A stretch of 64,000 nt of DNA from the human T2T-CHM13v2.0 reference genome, Homo sapiens. This document shows, piece by piece, positions 61,648 through 64,000 of this stretch. How positions within the stretch are numbered: the stretch's first letter is position 1; each line of letters begins with the position of its first letter. Under the pieces are notes generated by a model. That model worked only from the letters and a program-made list of their open reading frames with translations, was not told the origin of the DNA and ran no database searches. The stretch lies in assembly GCF_009914755.1 (NCBI RefSeq), contig NC_060935.1; one strand, 5' to 3'. Both the position numbers and the translations under genes were made by a program.

Positions 61648-62977
61648 GTAAGAAGAACTAATGATTCTCTTGAATAATTTTTGATTTACTTTAATATTAC
61701 ACTATCAAACAAAATTAAATGCAGTGGGCAGAGTCCTTCAGATTAAGATTACTGCCAACAAAGCTTTCCTAATAGCAAATTCCTGTACTGATTGAAATTT
61801 CTCCAGGTGAGTGACGGAATTCCAACTATTCCAATGTTCAAAAGAACCCCAGTTGAGCAGAAAGCCTAGCACAGCGCCATATGCAAATAGTGTCATGCTT
61901 GCTTTTTGATAATGACTTTAAATCGTTTTATTGCTGTTGTGTTTTTGGAGTAATCATATGAATCATACTGCATCTTTGTACTTGACCCAGAAGGAGATAA
62001 TGTTAGCTGAAATAAACCTAAATTGTCAATATCATTTTATGTGAATATGAAACACACAGATACATGAAGACATAATTCCTGTTTAGATTTATTTTATTGT
62101 TATAATTGCTTTGAAGATTTTAGTTTAACCATGTTAATATTCTGAGTTGAACACCATTTTAAACATCCAATATTAAATGTGAAGAGGAGTTGCCTCCATT
62201 CTCAGAACCTCTATTCTATGATTCTTTCCCCAAAAGTCCAAGAAATAATTTTAAAACTGTACACAACTCTTTGAGCCAAGAGGTATCCTTTAAGATGCAT
62301 GAGTCCTGTAAGAAGTCTGCAATTAGTAGGACTCTGAGTTTCACTGTTTTACAAGGTACTTCTCTGTGTAATCAAATCCTAAAGTATAAGGAATTACTCA
62401 CATCAGTGAAAGAGGAAACTGTTGGATGACAATGCATTTATTGAAAAAGCTCTTTTATCAGACGAAATCGCTGATGCTGAAAGGCAAGCTTGCTTAGGAG
62501 AACCTCACTGTGGGAAAGCTGCCGTGATGCCCTGTGGGGGCTGTGGCTGCGGTTAACAGGCCCCCTCTGACTACCACAAACTTTCCATGGGTCACTTTCT
62601 CACCAAACCAAAAGTAGTCATTGCAGAAGCTGCACTGTAAGACTCATGGACCTACAGACCGAGCTGTACAGTAACCTTACACAACCACCCCCACCCCTCT
62701 GTGAGTCATCCCCACCCCACGCCTCCACCTCCAGCAGTAGAACTGAAGCATAGGGCATGTGGGGGATGAGCCTGTATCTAAAAGCTTCCTAAAGACATTC
62801 AGGTTCTTCAATAGGAGAACCAACAATGTCGAAAAAAATGCATTCTTAATTTTCAGCAATTGTTCAAGCCATCTACAAAAATTACTATGAAGGGGGAAAT
62901 GGCAGTTCTCCACCTTTACGGCTATAGCTCTGTATGACTCAAAATTATAGCTAAAGATGTTTTTAATAATAGGCTAA

Positions 62978-63275
62978 GGCCAGGCGTAATGGCTCACGCC
63001 TGTAATCCCAGCACTTTGGGAAGCCGAGGCGGGCGGATCACCTGAGGTCAGGAGTTCGAGACCAGTCTGGCCAACATGGCAAAACCCCATCTCTACTAAA
63101 AATAAAAAAATCAGCTGGGCATGATTGTGGACGCCTGTAATCCCAGCTACTTGGGAGGCTGAGGCACAAGAATCGCTTGAACCCGAGAGGCGGAGTTTAC
63201 AGTAAGCTGAGATCACGCCACTGCACTCCAGCCTGGGCAACAGAGCGAGACTCTGTCTCATAATAATAAGAATAA
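62978..63275 (+). mobile_element. AluS
   Basis: Full dimer, TSD aataataggctaag. Confidence 0.94.
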
Positions 63276-63692
63276 TAGGCTAAGACTTAATTTTTATTTG
63301 TGATCTATTTGCTGTACTCATTGCCAGATCTCCAAATAGTATTCAAAGAGAAACGCCAGCATCAGCTGTTGATAGCTTCCATTAGTTCATTGTTTCTTCC
63401 ATTTGGCTAGCTGCTACTATATTGACATATAGATGTTACAAACATTTTGTTCACCCAATTAGGTAAAAAATATTACTAGCTGAGGATGCTTTAAAACACA
63501 TTTACACATAAGGGTTCTGACCCCTTTCATTCCTGTGCTCTGCATGGAAGGACCTGGGTAAAGTGAGGGTCATGCCAGCACCAGGACTAGGGTGGTCCTG
63601 AGGAAAGAAGTGCCTTCCTCTGAAAAAGCCACAGTGTGATGCTTCGAGAAAGAGAGTAGAGCAACAGGAATTGATTTTTGAATAGGCTATCT

Positions 63693-64000
63693 TTGTTTTT
63701 ATGTTTTGTTTTGTTTTTTGAGACAGGGTCTCACTCTTTCACCAAAGCTGGAGTGCAGTGGTGTGATCGCGGCTCACTGCAGCCTCAATCTTCCAGGTTC
63801 ACAATCAGTCCTCCCACCTCAGCCCCTCAAGTTGCTAGTACTACAGGCATGCACCACTACATCTGGCTAATTTTTAAATTTTTGCTGAGACGGGGTCTCC
63901 CTATGTTGCTCAGGCTGGTCTCAAAACTCCTAGGCTCAAGAAATTCTCCCTCTTTGGCCTCCCAAAGTGCTGGGATTACAGGCATGAGCCACCTCACCCA
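63693..64000 (-). mobile_element. AluJ-like
   Basis: Diverged antisense dimer running to window end. Confidence 0.92.

Overview
Human (primate) genomic DNA, recognisable from translated exons as the UBASH3B-CRTAM locus (11q24.1 by recall), with both genes on the + strand. Positions 1-~20.2 kb hold the last eight coding exons of UBASH3B (STS-1/TULA-2; histidine-phosphatase domain) and a ~4.6 kb 3'UTR. Positions ~20.4-38.5 kb are almost entirely nested endogenous retroviruses: LTR-in-LTR with an Alu, an antisense MER4-group internal region interrupted by a two-LTR LTR8/PBS-Pro provirus, and a complete HERV-H/LTR7 provirus with 5-bp TSD. The HERV-H gag carries a sense, 5'-truncated L1PA2/3-like insertion whose junction creates a new ATG in frame with an unbroken 756-codon ORF2 fragment. 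From 44.3 kb to the end are the CRTAM promoter and coding exons 1-5. About 30 Alus, microsatellites and two perfect small tandem duplications are present. I cannot support a confirmed new biological system. The best lead is the HERV-H/L1 chimera (LTR promoter, splice sites, de novo ATG, RT/CTD ORF, poly(A)), which also shows signs of neutral decay. Most short ORFs in the track are repeat artefacts. Repeat subfamily names are from memory of consensus sequences and need RepeatMasker/Dfam confirmation.
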